A DNA stretch of 64,000 bases from assembly GCA_905178155.1 (NCBI GenBank), contig CAJINV010000010.1, positions 2,934,587 through 2,998,586 on the forward strand, given 5' to 3'. The first letter of the stretch is position 1. Each line of letters begins with the position of its first letter. The notes below the pieces were generated by a model that was not told the origin of the DNA, ran no database searches, and saw only the letters and a list, made by a program, of their open reading frames with translations. Source of the stretch: Amoebophrya sp. A120. Taxonomy: Eukaryota; Protista; Dinoflagellata. The translations under genes and the position numbers were made by a program. Of the stretch, positions 35,968 through 46,732 are shown one piece after another.

Positions 35968-38174
35968 GAGACCGGTACGCGCTGAGGCCCAGATTTTTAA
36001 ACACGATGGCACGGCGAAGGTTAGATTTTTAGCGTCGAGCATACCCTCGAGGAAAACGGGGGGCCCCCGCCCTCCCGCCTCTCGCCCGTTGGGTATCCCC
36101 CCCGCAGGGGGGGGGGCCCCGCCTCCCGGCTCCCGCCCTTCCACCCGCTGGGTACCGCGCCTGCAGGGGGCCCCCGCTTCCCTCTTTCACCGCCCACGCG
36201 CAGGGGGCCCCCACCTCGTCCTTGCCCACGACCCCCCCCAAACCCTTTCGCCCGCGGGGCATCGCGTTTGCAGGGGGGGCCCCCCGGCTCCCGCCCGCCC
36301 AGCCGCTGGGAACCGTGCCTGCCGGGGGGCCCCTGCCTCCTGTTTTCACTGCCCACGCGCTTGGGGGCCCCCGCCCCCTTGCCCGCACGCAGGGGGCCCC
36401 CCGCCTCCCGCGGGCTGGCGGCCGAAAGCTGTCTCCTGCCCTTCCCCGGGGGGCCCCCGCGCCCCTCCATGCCCACAAGGGGGCCCCGCCTCCGTGGCGC
36501 CCCCGCTCGAAGGGGGCGCCCGGTCCCGCCCTATCAGGTCCGGAACGGGCCTCCGCCGTCAGCCTGCCTGAAAGGGGAAAGCTTGGGGGGGCCCCGCCGT
36601 CCTCTTCTTTTGGATGGTTTCACCTTTGGGGCAAAGAGGCGGCCCGCCCGAGCATTTGGGGCCTAGGGTGGGCCGGCCGGCTGCCTTGCTGGCCTAGCTA
36701 CTCCGCCCGCGCGCTTTTCGCCGCGGGCACGCAAGGCGCCGCCCACTTGCGGCGCGCCTGGCATCCGGGCCGCCCGCATGGGTGGTTGGGGGGGGGGGGA
36801 GTGCTGTGGGTTGCCCGTTGGTCCGCCATCGCGAAGGGCGGATGGGCCTGCAGCTATTGTGCCCGCGGGCCCCAGCACGGACCTAACCATTGCGGGCCTT
36901 GTGTGTGTGTTGGGCACAGCTATTGCGCCCGCGGGCCTCACCACGGACCTTAGCACTGTGCCGCCTGCTTCTGTTGGGCGCCTGGCCGGTCCCCTCGTTG
37001 GTGACTGTTATGGGAGTGGTCCGCTCGTCCGCCCGGGGGGCCGCAACCGCAGGGCCCGAACCGTAAGGCAGGGCGACGGGTGAAAAGGTCCACCACACTG
37101 GGCGGGGCGCCCGCGCGCGGCGCCGACGGGCCTCAAAGCGTCCCCAACAATAGTGCTGTTGCGCGGGCCGAAGGGAAAGAGAGGGGCGCCGGCAGTATTG
37201 TACTGCGGAGGCGGGCTGGGTGATTGGTTGTCAATACTCCAGTTGTCAAGTTGGTTTGGTTGTGGTTGGGTTACTTTGGCTGTGGTTGTCAATATGGCGT
37301 ATTGACAACCACAACCAAACCATGGCGTATTGACAACCACAACCAAACCAACCAACCACAGACCACCAGCGAAGGCGGGAAGGGAAGATACCGCCAAGCA
37401 CATGACCAGCGTCGGCGCGACAAGGCGCCAACATGCGCCGCCGCGCGCCACAATGGACACCGCCCGCACATGCGCCAACGCGCAGCAGTGTGGGCGCGCC
37501 AGAAATACTGCCCACATGCGCCAGCGTGATCCCGCGCGGAAGTTGGCAAACCGGGCACGCCATGGCTCGCACAACAAAATTGCCGAAGTTGCGCGAGTAG
37601 CACAAATCGAATCGAAACGCGGCCCCTACCGCCCTGGTTCGGCACAAAGTGTTGGGATAGTTGCACGGCGAGTTGCACCGTGCAACCTGCCGTGCAACTC
37701 GGGCCATACCATCGTGATTCGCAAGGCAAAACGTGCAAAAGTTGCACGAGTTGCACAGGTTTCCGGGACATCTCGGAAGGCCCATACCGTCCTGGTTCGG
37801 CGCGGAATGTTGTGAAAGTTGCACGGCGAGTTGCACCGTGAAACTCGCCGTGCAACTCGGCCGTACCATCGTGATTCGCAACAAAAACGTGCAAAAGTTG
37901 CACGAGTTGCACAAGTTCCCGGGAAATCTCGGACGGCGAAAATTCCGGGATCCTGGAAAAAGGAGAAGAACAACAAAGAGAGAGCAAGAAAACCCGTCTC
38001 GCCCAAACTGCGAACCCGCATGGTATGGCGCGCGTATGCCAATGAATTCGCTATGTTTGACCAGCATAAAAAAAGGCGTTTCACGAGGGTACCGCGCCCG
38101 GGTATATACGCAAGGTTTGACCCAAATCACGATGCTACTACGAATATTTCTGGGCCTCAGCGCGTACCGTTCTG
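35968..38174. mobile_element. Non-autonomous hAT-like DNA transposon, 2.2 kb
   Basis: 26-bp TIR with 2 mismatches, one end reading CAG. 8-bp target duplication TTCCCATT (35960-35967 and 38175-38182). Internal GGGGCCCC and GTTGCAC repeat arrays. No transposase. Confidence 0.85.
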
Positions 38175-38938
38175 TTCCCATTTCATACTGAAAAAATGTG
38201 TCTGAAGATAATTTCTGCTGGTAACATAAATGCTGACGATAATTTCGTCTCGTAAAGAAACTTCAAGATGTGGTTCTGACCATGTTAATTTGGATATCTT
38301 TCTCAATCGTGACCGTGAATCAAGACATACGAGATGCGCTTCATTTTTACCTTGTGGATACAGCCGGCTTCTCGACGTTGCAGCTCCGTATAGTTTCCTC
38401 TTTTACCATCAGAACGTGGAAGTTGTACGAGAAACGAATTTTTGCTCTTAGATGTTGTTTACTCTAGGTCGTGTAGTTGTCTACTTTTGTACTGCTGCCG
38501 TCCTTCCTGCTTTATTGGTTTTCCTTCTTCATAGAAGTACTAGCAACGAGTCGTGCTAGTGAGAACCAGCGCGCACAGATGGTTACCGCCTGGATGTCTG
38601 AGAACCTGAGGAAATGAGGAGGTTCCCCGACAAACAGACACAAAAAATCTTCCACTTTAGACTTCTTCCTTCGCAATCGCAAGTAAACCACGCCTGTTGA
38701 TAACCCTGATCCTGATGGTAGATGAAAAGACAGCTTTTGCTCGTCAATAGCCGCTGTGTTCTTAGTCGTCGCTATCCGATGACCTGTATCCACTTTTACG
38801 TATTTGGTGTTGATTCGTACAATTTTGATTCACTCTCACATTGTTCGGTTGTGGTACATGGTTACATATTATCGGTTCATTCTCATACATTGTCGCTCTC
38901 TTCGCTTTCGTGCGAGTTTTTCGGCTCGCCCCCCGTGT

Positions 38939-41923
38939 TTACAAGTCCAGCAACAGCTTGATACGATCGTACGCGACCAGGACCAAGGCGGAGGAGTATG
39001 AAAGTGCGCCACTCGGCGTCCCTATCCTTGTATCTTTTGCATGACAAGTTTCTGATGAAGTTGAAGCACAAGTGGGTACTACACCTCGACAGCCCGGCTA
39101 ACTACGATATGCAGGGGCGTGATTGGAATATCACGAAGTTACTAAGCAGCTACACATAGGTGGGGCTCTCACGAAGTGGTCGCAGCTTGTATTGTTACTC
39201 ATGCAGTTGCCCTGCTTGCTGCAAATGAGATGGAGCGGGCACGTGTTGTTCACTTTCATAAACCGGCACCACGCACGACATCCGCGACAATGCCCTTGTA
39301 GAGCCCGGTGATACCCTCCGTTTTCACGATGGTGGTGGCGCAGTGCAGCGTGCCCTTGTAAATGCGATCCGCCATTGGTTTCTCGGATTCCATCTGCAGG
39401 AGCGTATGGGACGGAAGAATAGCGTGTAGTCTGTCATTCGCAATCTTGCATGACACACGTCACGACCTTTTGATTGTGCAACAAAGCGCATGACAAGCTA
39501 CACAAAATTCATTGTGATAACGACGGCGGACGGTATCAAACGGATAGTTGAACGGACGGGCGACAACACCGGCGACCTGAATGAAATTTGTCATGCGGCG
39601 GGACAGGGTAAAAATAACTAGTACTCGACACACAAGGACAAGATAATTGATTTCGTCATCATCGCAGTGACATTTGTATTGCCAGAAACCACATGCGTGA
39701 AGCGTTTTGTCATGCCGAAAAAGCAATTATACCTGTGCAGCGACGAAGCAGGTGACCAACCCGAGAATCCCTCTGTCCTTCTGCCACGGGTTCAGGCCCA
39801 TGCGGTTATGCATCACAAACTATTTCACGACCTTTGAGCCAAGAGTCATTGAATCGGTTTGTCAAACTTCCCGCGGTTCCCCTGACGCCACAACATTGGT
39901 TCTGTCGGTACTAAGGTGCATATTATGCTTAAGCGTCACGTCGTGGACGCATGACAAGCTAGACTATGACTACTCTGCCTACTTCTTGACTCAAAGTAGA
40001 AACTGTCGTCATTTCCTGAGATAAATGCTATCCATAAAACCCATCTGCAACCCGTATGGGGTTCTCAAGCGTTACATTGTCAGCCGTTACATGATTTGTC
40101 ATGCAAATTTGCTATCACCCTCCACCTCCACGCGATCAATTACTACTGCGCATGACAAATTCCCGAAATAATGGGCCGAACAGCATGAGCATCTGCGCGC
40201 GAAATTTGTAAAGTAAAAGTAATGCGAGAGGTGCAATCTGAAAAATCTCCCCCCTTGTTTCGCTTTTGCTACTCTTGCATCGCAAATGGATGATGTAACA
40301 GTTGAGAATGTAACATTTGAGATTGTCATAACCCGCGGTACACCACGACACCAGCGACGGAGGCGCCAAACCCATTGTAGAGACCCGCGATGCCCTGTTT
40401 TGCGTTAATATCCATCTTAAACTTTCCCTTTTACGAATGGAAAAATTTTTCTGGTTCTCTTTCTGTTCTTCTTTATTCAGTCTCTGTCTCATGATCAAGC
40501 GGCATATGATTACATGCGTCCTGCGCGAGGAAATCGAATTCCTCTATCAAGATCAACGCATAGTGTCTACCACCTTGTTAATCATTATACCATGCAAGTC
40601 CAAGTCCAAGTCGGTCCTCGGGGACCAGAAAAAATAAATACCTGGTTTGCCACTGTCTTTTTGATGCAGTCCCCGATACCGTTGAAGGTTTTCTTCCCGC
40701 CACCAACGTCGGATGCGAGACGGGTACCTAAAAGAAATTTGTTACTTGCCATGCCGAATTGCCTATCGTAGACGTAGAATTTTCAGCCGGCAACTACAAG
40801 AGCAGCGACGCGTCATGCAGTTTATGCATCACAAGCGCAACTTTCAATCATTTCATGGAACACAAATCCAAAAACTAAAATTCCGTCTTCTACTACTATA
40901 CGTGCGAAATCCAATGGGTAGCAGATGGACAGGGAGCCAGCAGCGGCCATACCCGCAGACGCAAGCGGTTATCAATCGGAAAACGATAAAAAGAGTCACT
41001 GTCATAATTTGTCATGCGAGGGTTGCATAATAATTCATAAAGTTGTAAACACCATACTCAACATAGTACACTGATGCGTGCTTCGCATGACAAATCGTGA
41101 CTCCTTTACAGCTTCTTCGTTTCCATAAATTCACCGCGAAGAACATGCCGAAGTCGGTTTTTGGGGAGTACCTTTATGAGAAAATAGAACTTTGACTTTG
41201 TCATGCTAGACAGCACAGACGAAAAGAACATGTCATGCATGCAACACAATGTAGCAAATAGCATCGAGAGAACAAATCTATACTTCGGGAACAGCTTCTT
41301 GATGGTGTCCTTAAAAGACAAGTTAAACGCCTGCTGGGGGATGTATCGCATCACGTTAGCCCCGTTTCCGCGCCAGAAGGACTGATAATTTTTTTTGATT
41401 CGATTTGTCATGCTGGGTGGGCATAAGCGAAGATTTTTGTCATGCAAAGACTGCAAGATGATGAGCATCAACATTATTTTTAATTTAACTTAATTCTAGA
41501 TAAAGGATTCAAATCATACTTACCAGCATTCCCTGCTCGGCGTGCACCCGTGTGAAGCAGTTCATGATCCCGGTATACCGTGGCACCTCCCCCGACCGGA
41601 TCTTCGGGTTGGCATCCTGTGTCTGAATCAGCAGTTTGACTCGCTCGATCGGTGCGGCGATGGCTTTATGCATTGCAAACGTATAATCGCACTCGTATAA
41701 ATGCATGACAAATTCCCTCAGCATGAGAAATAAAATTTGTCATGCGGATTTACCTTGAGAAACAAATTTGTAATGCATGATTGCAATTACAACGAGTACG
41801 ATACTTTTGCAGTTCATAAGTTTTCGAGATACCGCCCGCGGTACCGCCGATCGCGAAATCCTTCAGGAAAGCGACCATCTCGCTGTCCTTTTCCTTCTTC
41901 GGGGCAGCCTTTGCGTCAGCCAT
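38939..41923 (-). CDS. AAC: Mitochondrial ADP/ATP carrier (adenine nucleotide translocase); 12 exons
   Basis: [80 protein letters not shown]. Contains 6 introners and 5 canonical GT-AG introns. Confidence 0.93.
38997..39260. mobile_element. Introner family G (AAC)
   Basis: TATGAAAGTG...CACTTTCATA; DR decayed; restores GAG|SALVLV. Confidence 0.87.
39405..39519. mobile_element. Degenerate introner (AAC)
   Basis: TATG...GATA; restores DTVRRR|LQM. Confidence 0.8.
39577..39732 (-). other. Canonical GT-AG intron (AAC)
   Basis: CAG|GTATAA...TTCAG|GTC; in frame. Confidence 0.85.
39807..40023. mobile_element. Degenerate introner (AAC)
   Basis: TATG...GATA; restores DSI|MGLNPW. Confidence 0.75.
40055..40330. 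mobile_element. Introner family F (AAC)
   Basis: TATGGGGTTCTCAA...; DR ACCCG/ACCCG. Confidence 0.88.
40395..40641 (-). other. Canonical GT-AG intron (AAC)
   Basis: CAG|GTATTT...AACAG|GGC; restores ANQ|GIAGLY. Confidence 0.8.
40728..40901 (-). other. Canonical GT-AG intron (AAC)
   Basis: C|GTATAG...TTTAG|GT; restores DFARTRL. Confidence 0.85.
40970..41127. mobile_element. Degenerate introner (AAC)
   Basis: TATC...CATA; restores AVN|FASAG. Confidence 0.75.
41172..41283 (-). other. Canonical GT-AG intron (AAC)
   Basis: AA|GTATAG...TAAAG|G; restores FPKYSPK. Confidence 0.85.
41382..41523 (-). other. Canonical GT-AG intron (AAC)
   Basis: CTG|GTAAGT...ATCAG|TCC; restores GML|SFWRG. Confidence 0.88.
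41667..41818. mobile_element. Introner family E (AAC)
   Basis: Family E TIR; restores ISKT|IAAP. Confidence 0.9.
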
Positions 41924-43332
41924 TTTTGCGGCTTTTGTGGTTGTGACTGTGAGCAGAAAGAATAGGGTTTAACTTCTCTCGTCGTGCAACTAACAACTAT
42001 GTGAATGTGTATGTTTGTGAATTATAGAGCAATTGTCGTTCTTGTGAGGAAATTGAGGTGGGCGTGGGCTTGATGCTTCCGGGCGGGCAGCAAAGCGCTC
42101 GATTATATGGATTGGTCGTGTATCAAGAATGTTTCAGAACGTTCCTGCAGACAAGCACCGGAGGTACTCTTATCAATGGCTTGCGAGCGTGGGTTGTTAG
42201 TGAGCTACAGCTACAGGACTGGTCCAAACTGGGAAGATTTATATGCTGATATTGCAGCAAGAGCAACGCTTGCAGTCTTGCAAAAACAAAATGCCGTGAT
42301 TTTTCGTACAACTACAGTCAGACTATTGCTCAGCTGTCTCGGTGGCGATACGTCGCAAAGAAAACACGTACGTCAATGTCGGTGACTATCCCTAGAACTT
42401 GGACGTGCCAAAACTAAAAGGAAGAGCGATAGTTTGTTACTGGAAATTGAAGCACAACTAGTCCTCGTGGGCTTAATGTTGCCTTTTCGTTTTCTACGAC
42501 GAAGTAAAGTGAAACGGAAAAAAAAATGCCGTAGATGACCATCCGCAGCCGGAGACCACCACAGAAACAAAGTTGGAAGGCGCAGCACATTCATCAGAAA
42601 AAACTCTACTTCGCTCAGCACATCCCCACTAGAGACACCACACAGACACGACGACAGGGCGCTTTTACTACTACTTAGTACATCTTCGTACTTTGTTGTG
42701 CGAGTAATCCTCACTGGACTTTTCTTTTCCCCTTGGAAACAAACATCACGAATGTTCTCTGGCAAGGCTCATAACAGCAGCTGGCAAAAAAAGAACAGAT
42801 GTTGTCTTGGAAAAAAACAAGAGCTTCATCATCTCGAGGACTTCTCCGGTAAGCACTCGAGGACACAAAGCTTCTTTATTGCATAGCATACATAGATATT
42901 ACAACGAAAGCTGCTTAAATTGTGTTCTAATTCTAAAGTTGTAGTGATCGAAATGCCCACCTGCTGTTTGTCTTCTGGGATGAATAAATCTGTACGAAGA
43001 TTACAACCTGTAGTCCTGTACATACTAACCATTCGCATTCGCTATGCAGCCTATGTCGTTCTCTGTCTCTTCTTGCTGGAAAAAATGTTGAGGCTATTTT
43101 TCAAAGTGCAAACACCTCGTTCAAGCTGGCAAAGTATTCACGTGACGATGAACAAGCACGACCATCATGATGAAGTAGATCATGCACACCCCTCTTTCTA
43201 CTAGAAATAGGATCTACATCTAGATCCACAACGAAAAAGAAACTGAAACAGTGTTGACAATCTGAATTTACAGCGACGTAGAAATTGAGATAAATCAAAA
43301 GCCAAATATCCATTCCACCACCACTCTCCTCC

Positions 43333-45833
43333 TCACGCCGCCGCCCGCAGTCTCGGGTGGACGGAATTTTGGTCGAACCTGGACACGGCCGCGCCGGTGT
43401 TTACATACATCGACGCCTGTTGCCCGTGGATGGAAGACAACACATTGTCGCTGGCATCCACCGGCCGATGCTATCCAGTGCAAAAGTATCGTACTCGTAG
43501 TAATTGCAATTATGCATGACAATCTGGAGAGGAGGCTTTAGGTACAACTACAGCATTACAAATTCAAGATTAAGATTTCCCTTTGAGAAAACTTGTAATG
43601 CAATCTATACTAGCAGTACAATGCTTTTGCAATGCATAGATACCCACTCGGGGCCATGTGGTTGTAGATGGGAACCGAGTTCATTCCGTTTCCGTTATTC
43701 ATAGTAAACGACCCTGGCATTTGTACCTGCTGCTGCTGCTGCTGTTCCACCACCATGCCGCGGTACAGTTGCGAAGTCGAGGGCGGCGGTTTCGTGGTGT
43801 TCACCAGGTTTGCGTTCGGTCCTAAATTGTTCGGGTTCGGCGTCTTTCCGTTCTGCTCGTCGAAGGGAATGCCGAATTCCGACTCGATCAGCGATTTCGG
43901 TTTCGGGAGATCGGGGTAGCCGAAAATCGAAGTGGCGACTTTCTTATCCACAGAAAAAAACCCATGATCCCCATCCATTTTTTGCATGGCAAGCACAGGA
44001 CTTGATACGTGTTTCGCATGACAAATTGGATGTGAGCGGGTGTTTTTTCCTGGATATTTCTTCGACCCGTCGGGAAAAACCATGCGGTAGAGCGGGACGG
44101 GAACCTTGAAAGGTTTCGGCGTGTTTTTTCTTAAATTTCTGTTCGAGCATGACAAACTCTAAAGCTTCAGGCTTTATCATCAACAAAGCAGTAGCGGAGT
44201 CAGTTACAGCTGCATGATCCTACCTCTTTCCTGACTGGAAATTCGTCGAAAGTGACTTTCTGCACTTCCACGTCGCGCGCTTGCGCCTGCGTTTCCGCTA
44301 TGAACTGCAAAAGTATCGCTGTTGTCGTACAAATGCATTACAAATTTCCTCAGCATGAGAAATAAAATTTGTAATGCTGATTTACCTTAAGAAAAAGATT
44401 TGCAATGCATGACTGCAATACGACTACGATACTTTTGCACAGGATATCCGTGGTGAAAACCGTTTTCGGGGCCGGTCCGTTTTCCTCCCCGGGCAGCTTT
44501 CCCGTGGCCGGCACCTCCATCCGCATAGCGATGGGCTTCTCGACGTAGCGCTTGTTGGTGCGGGTTTCATACTTGATGTCTTCCTCGACCTTGTCGACTA
44601 CGTACTCACGGTATTCCACTTCTTCCGTGTAGATCACGTTCTCCTTGTATTCTACCTTGGGGATCTCAATAATCCGGTCCTCATACACGATCTTTGGAAC
44701 GTAGGTCAGCTTTTCCTCGTAGATAACCTGGGTGAAGGTTTGCGTTTTCGGTGGTAGTTGTTTCACGATTCAGCTGCACTCTCCTTCGTCATCTCATGGC
44801 ACCTTTCAATGCATGACAAATGCAAATCCCGTGCGTATCGCGCTATACAACCAGAAAATAAAAGATCTACATCTGTATTTAAGCTGTACCTCCGGCACTT
44901 CCACAGTTTTTTCCACCGTTTTCACGATCGGAATCTCTTTTACCACTTCCTCGATCTTGATCTTCGGTTTTTCAACCTATGCATTGCAAAAGCATCGCAC
45001 TGTTGTACTGTAGTAGTGTCGGAAAGTGCATGAAACATTTTCAAATTCAAAAGGAAACATGAAAATGGACTTTGTCATGCGCATTGAAGTGGGATAGCAA
45101 GCAAGTCCTGTCATGTTGGAAGGCTAAGGGCAGGGCGTCCCATTCGTTTATAAACTTAAAACGGTAGCCACCTACGCAGCAAGCAAGTCCTGTCATGCAA
45201 AAATTCAGACAAATTATACACAGTACGATACTTCTGCTGCACCAGAGATAGAATCACCCGCTCCACAATTTCCGGCTTCCGCACCACCTTCGTGACCTCC
45301 TTTACCACTACTTGCGGAACCTCGACCACTTTCTCGATGATTTTGAAGGTTTTCACCCCCACGACAAATTTCTCCTCCAGCACCCGCTCCGAGACAAATT
45401 TACCCTCTTGAATGAAGGAGTCCACGATTCGTTCGCTGTATTGGCTGTTCGGATTTGCATTTGCATTTACACCCGGAGCAGGTCCGACGCCGGCCACATT
45501 GACATTGTTGTCATCTCTCCCTGCGTTGTTGCTTCCGAGTGTTTCCACCTGGTTCAGGAGCAGTTCCCCCGCAGACTGGGCGGTGCCGGGCATCACGCCA
45601 CCAGGTCCTGCTCCGCCCGGTGGTCCACCACCTCCGGCGGCAAATTGAAATTCCTGCTGCTGCAAAGAAAACCGCGCCTGTTGCGGGGGCACGTCGAACA
45701 GCCCCCGCTGCTGCGTCGGCGGCTCATCTTCATCCAACGCAAGATTCAGCCCCTGGTACACTTGCGCCGGCGGGGGGTCGGGGCTGTAACCACCGTCCTC
45801 ATCGTAGTTTAGACGACCGTAAACGTCGACCAT
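43333..45833 (-). CDS. Alveolin / inner membrane complex (IMC)-like protein
   Basis: V/E/K/P-rich repeats (IEKVVEVPQVVVKEV, IVYEDRIIEIPKVEY, RYVEKP). Several introners; some internal junctions not resolved. Confidence 0.75.
43472..43638. mobile_element. Introner family E (alveolin)
   Basis: Family E TIR; DR GATGC/GATAC. Confidence 0.87.
43945..44056. mobile_element. Short introner family H (alveolin)
   Basis: TATCCA..AAAAAA / TTTTTTCCTGGATA; DR TTTCT/TTTCT. Confidence 0.85.
44299..44446. mobile_element. Introner family E (alveolin)
   Basis: Family E TIR; DR TCCGC/TCCGT. Confidence 0.9.
44978..45250. mobile_element. Introner family E, degenerate (alveolin)
   Basis: TATGCATTGCAAAAGCATCG...CGATACTTCTGC..GATA. 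Confidence 0.7.
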
Positions 45834-46732
45834 GTTTGTGGCTGGTCGTGGGAGAGAATGGTCTCGTGCACGCGATGATTTTCACATTTTGCTGTAAATA
45901 GGGACTTCCACGGTCGTCGCCCCCCTGTTCATATATTGAATAATGAAAATTTGCAGCTGCTTGTTGTGGCGGCGCAGCTGCCGCTTCGCCTCAGCTCACA
46001 CACTCGTCGCGAATCGTCTGCTCCTCATTGCTCCGGCGTACTACACCGACACGGTTGATTTTATCTAGAAGATGAAGCGAGCAGTTCCTGTTACACCTAC
46101 AGCAGCCGCAGAAGCGAAAACGAAAAGCAACAGCAAGTATAGCTGGCCCTTCTGTGATGTCTCATATCGCGTCTTTTTTAGTTGAAGCCAGAGAGGAGAC
46201 GCTGGCACCAGCACCTCACTGCCGATGGGAATCAATTTGACATTCGTGTCTTTATCAATCTTTCTTGTTCGCTACCAAGGACCCAAGTTCGTTCTCAAGT
46301 GTGAAATCTAAAAATTTTTATCATTTTGCAAGGTGTGACAAGTTGATTGTGAGAATACTACGCTTGTTATTTGAAGTTTAGGTTTTATACAAATTCGAGC
46401 GGACAACGACAATGTCAGCACTATCATTTTTGTCTTTGAATAATTTTACATTGACATGGGTTGGGTCATCTAGTTAAGTTTGTACAAGGAGATCAAAGGG
46501 CACTTCTTGTTTCTTGAAGAACTCTGGCAATATGACATGGGAAACGCAAACGTCAAAAAGCAAAAATACAAGAACTTCTTCCTGTTGAAACGATAAATAT
46601 CACTTTTCTTATTTGCATGCTGTGACAACTCGATTAATCGTGCAAGTGCTGCAACTACGTACCATATTCAATCATACGCGCTAAAGCACGCGGCCAAGAT
46701 GTAACCACAGGCATACTAGGCGCATTCACTTC

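Noticed and set aside
35966-38205. Long overlapping ORFs (up to 311 aa) as a transposase
   Set aside because: They are low-complexity Gly/Pro/Arg translations of GC-rich repeats with no DDE, BED or hAT dimerisation motifs.
41912-41932. GTCAGCCATTTTTGCGGC resembling a dinoflagellate spliced-leader relic
   Set aside because: It is on the wrong strand for the gene and is simply the reverse complement of the AAC start-codon context.
44130-44223. Apparent GT-AG intron in the alveolin gene
   Set aside because: The obvious GT and AG do not restore the frame, so the boundaries are left unresolved.
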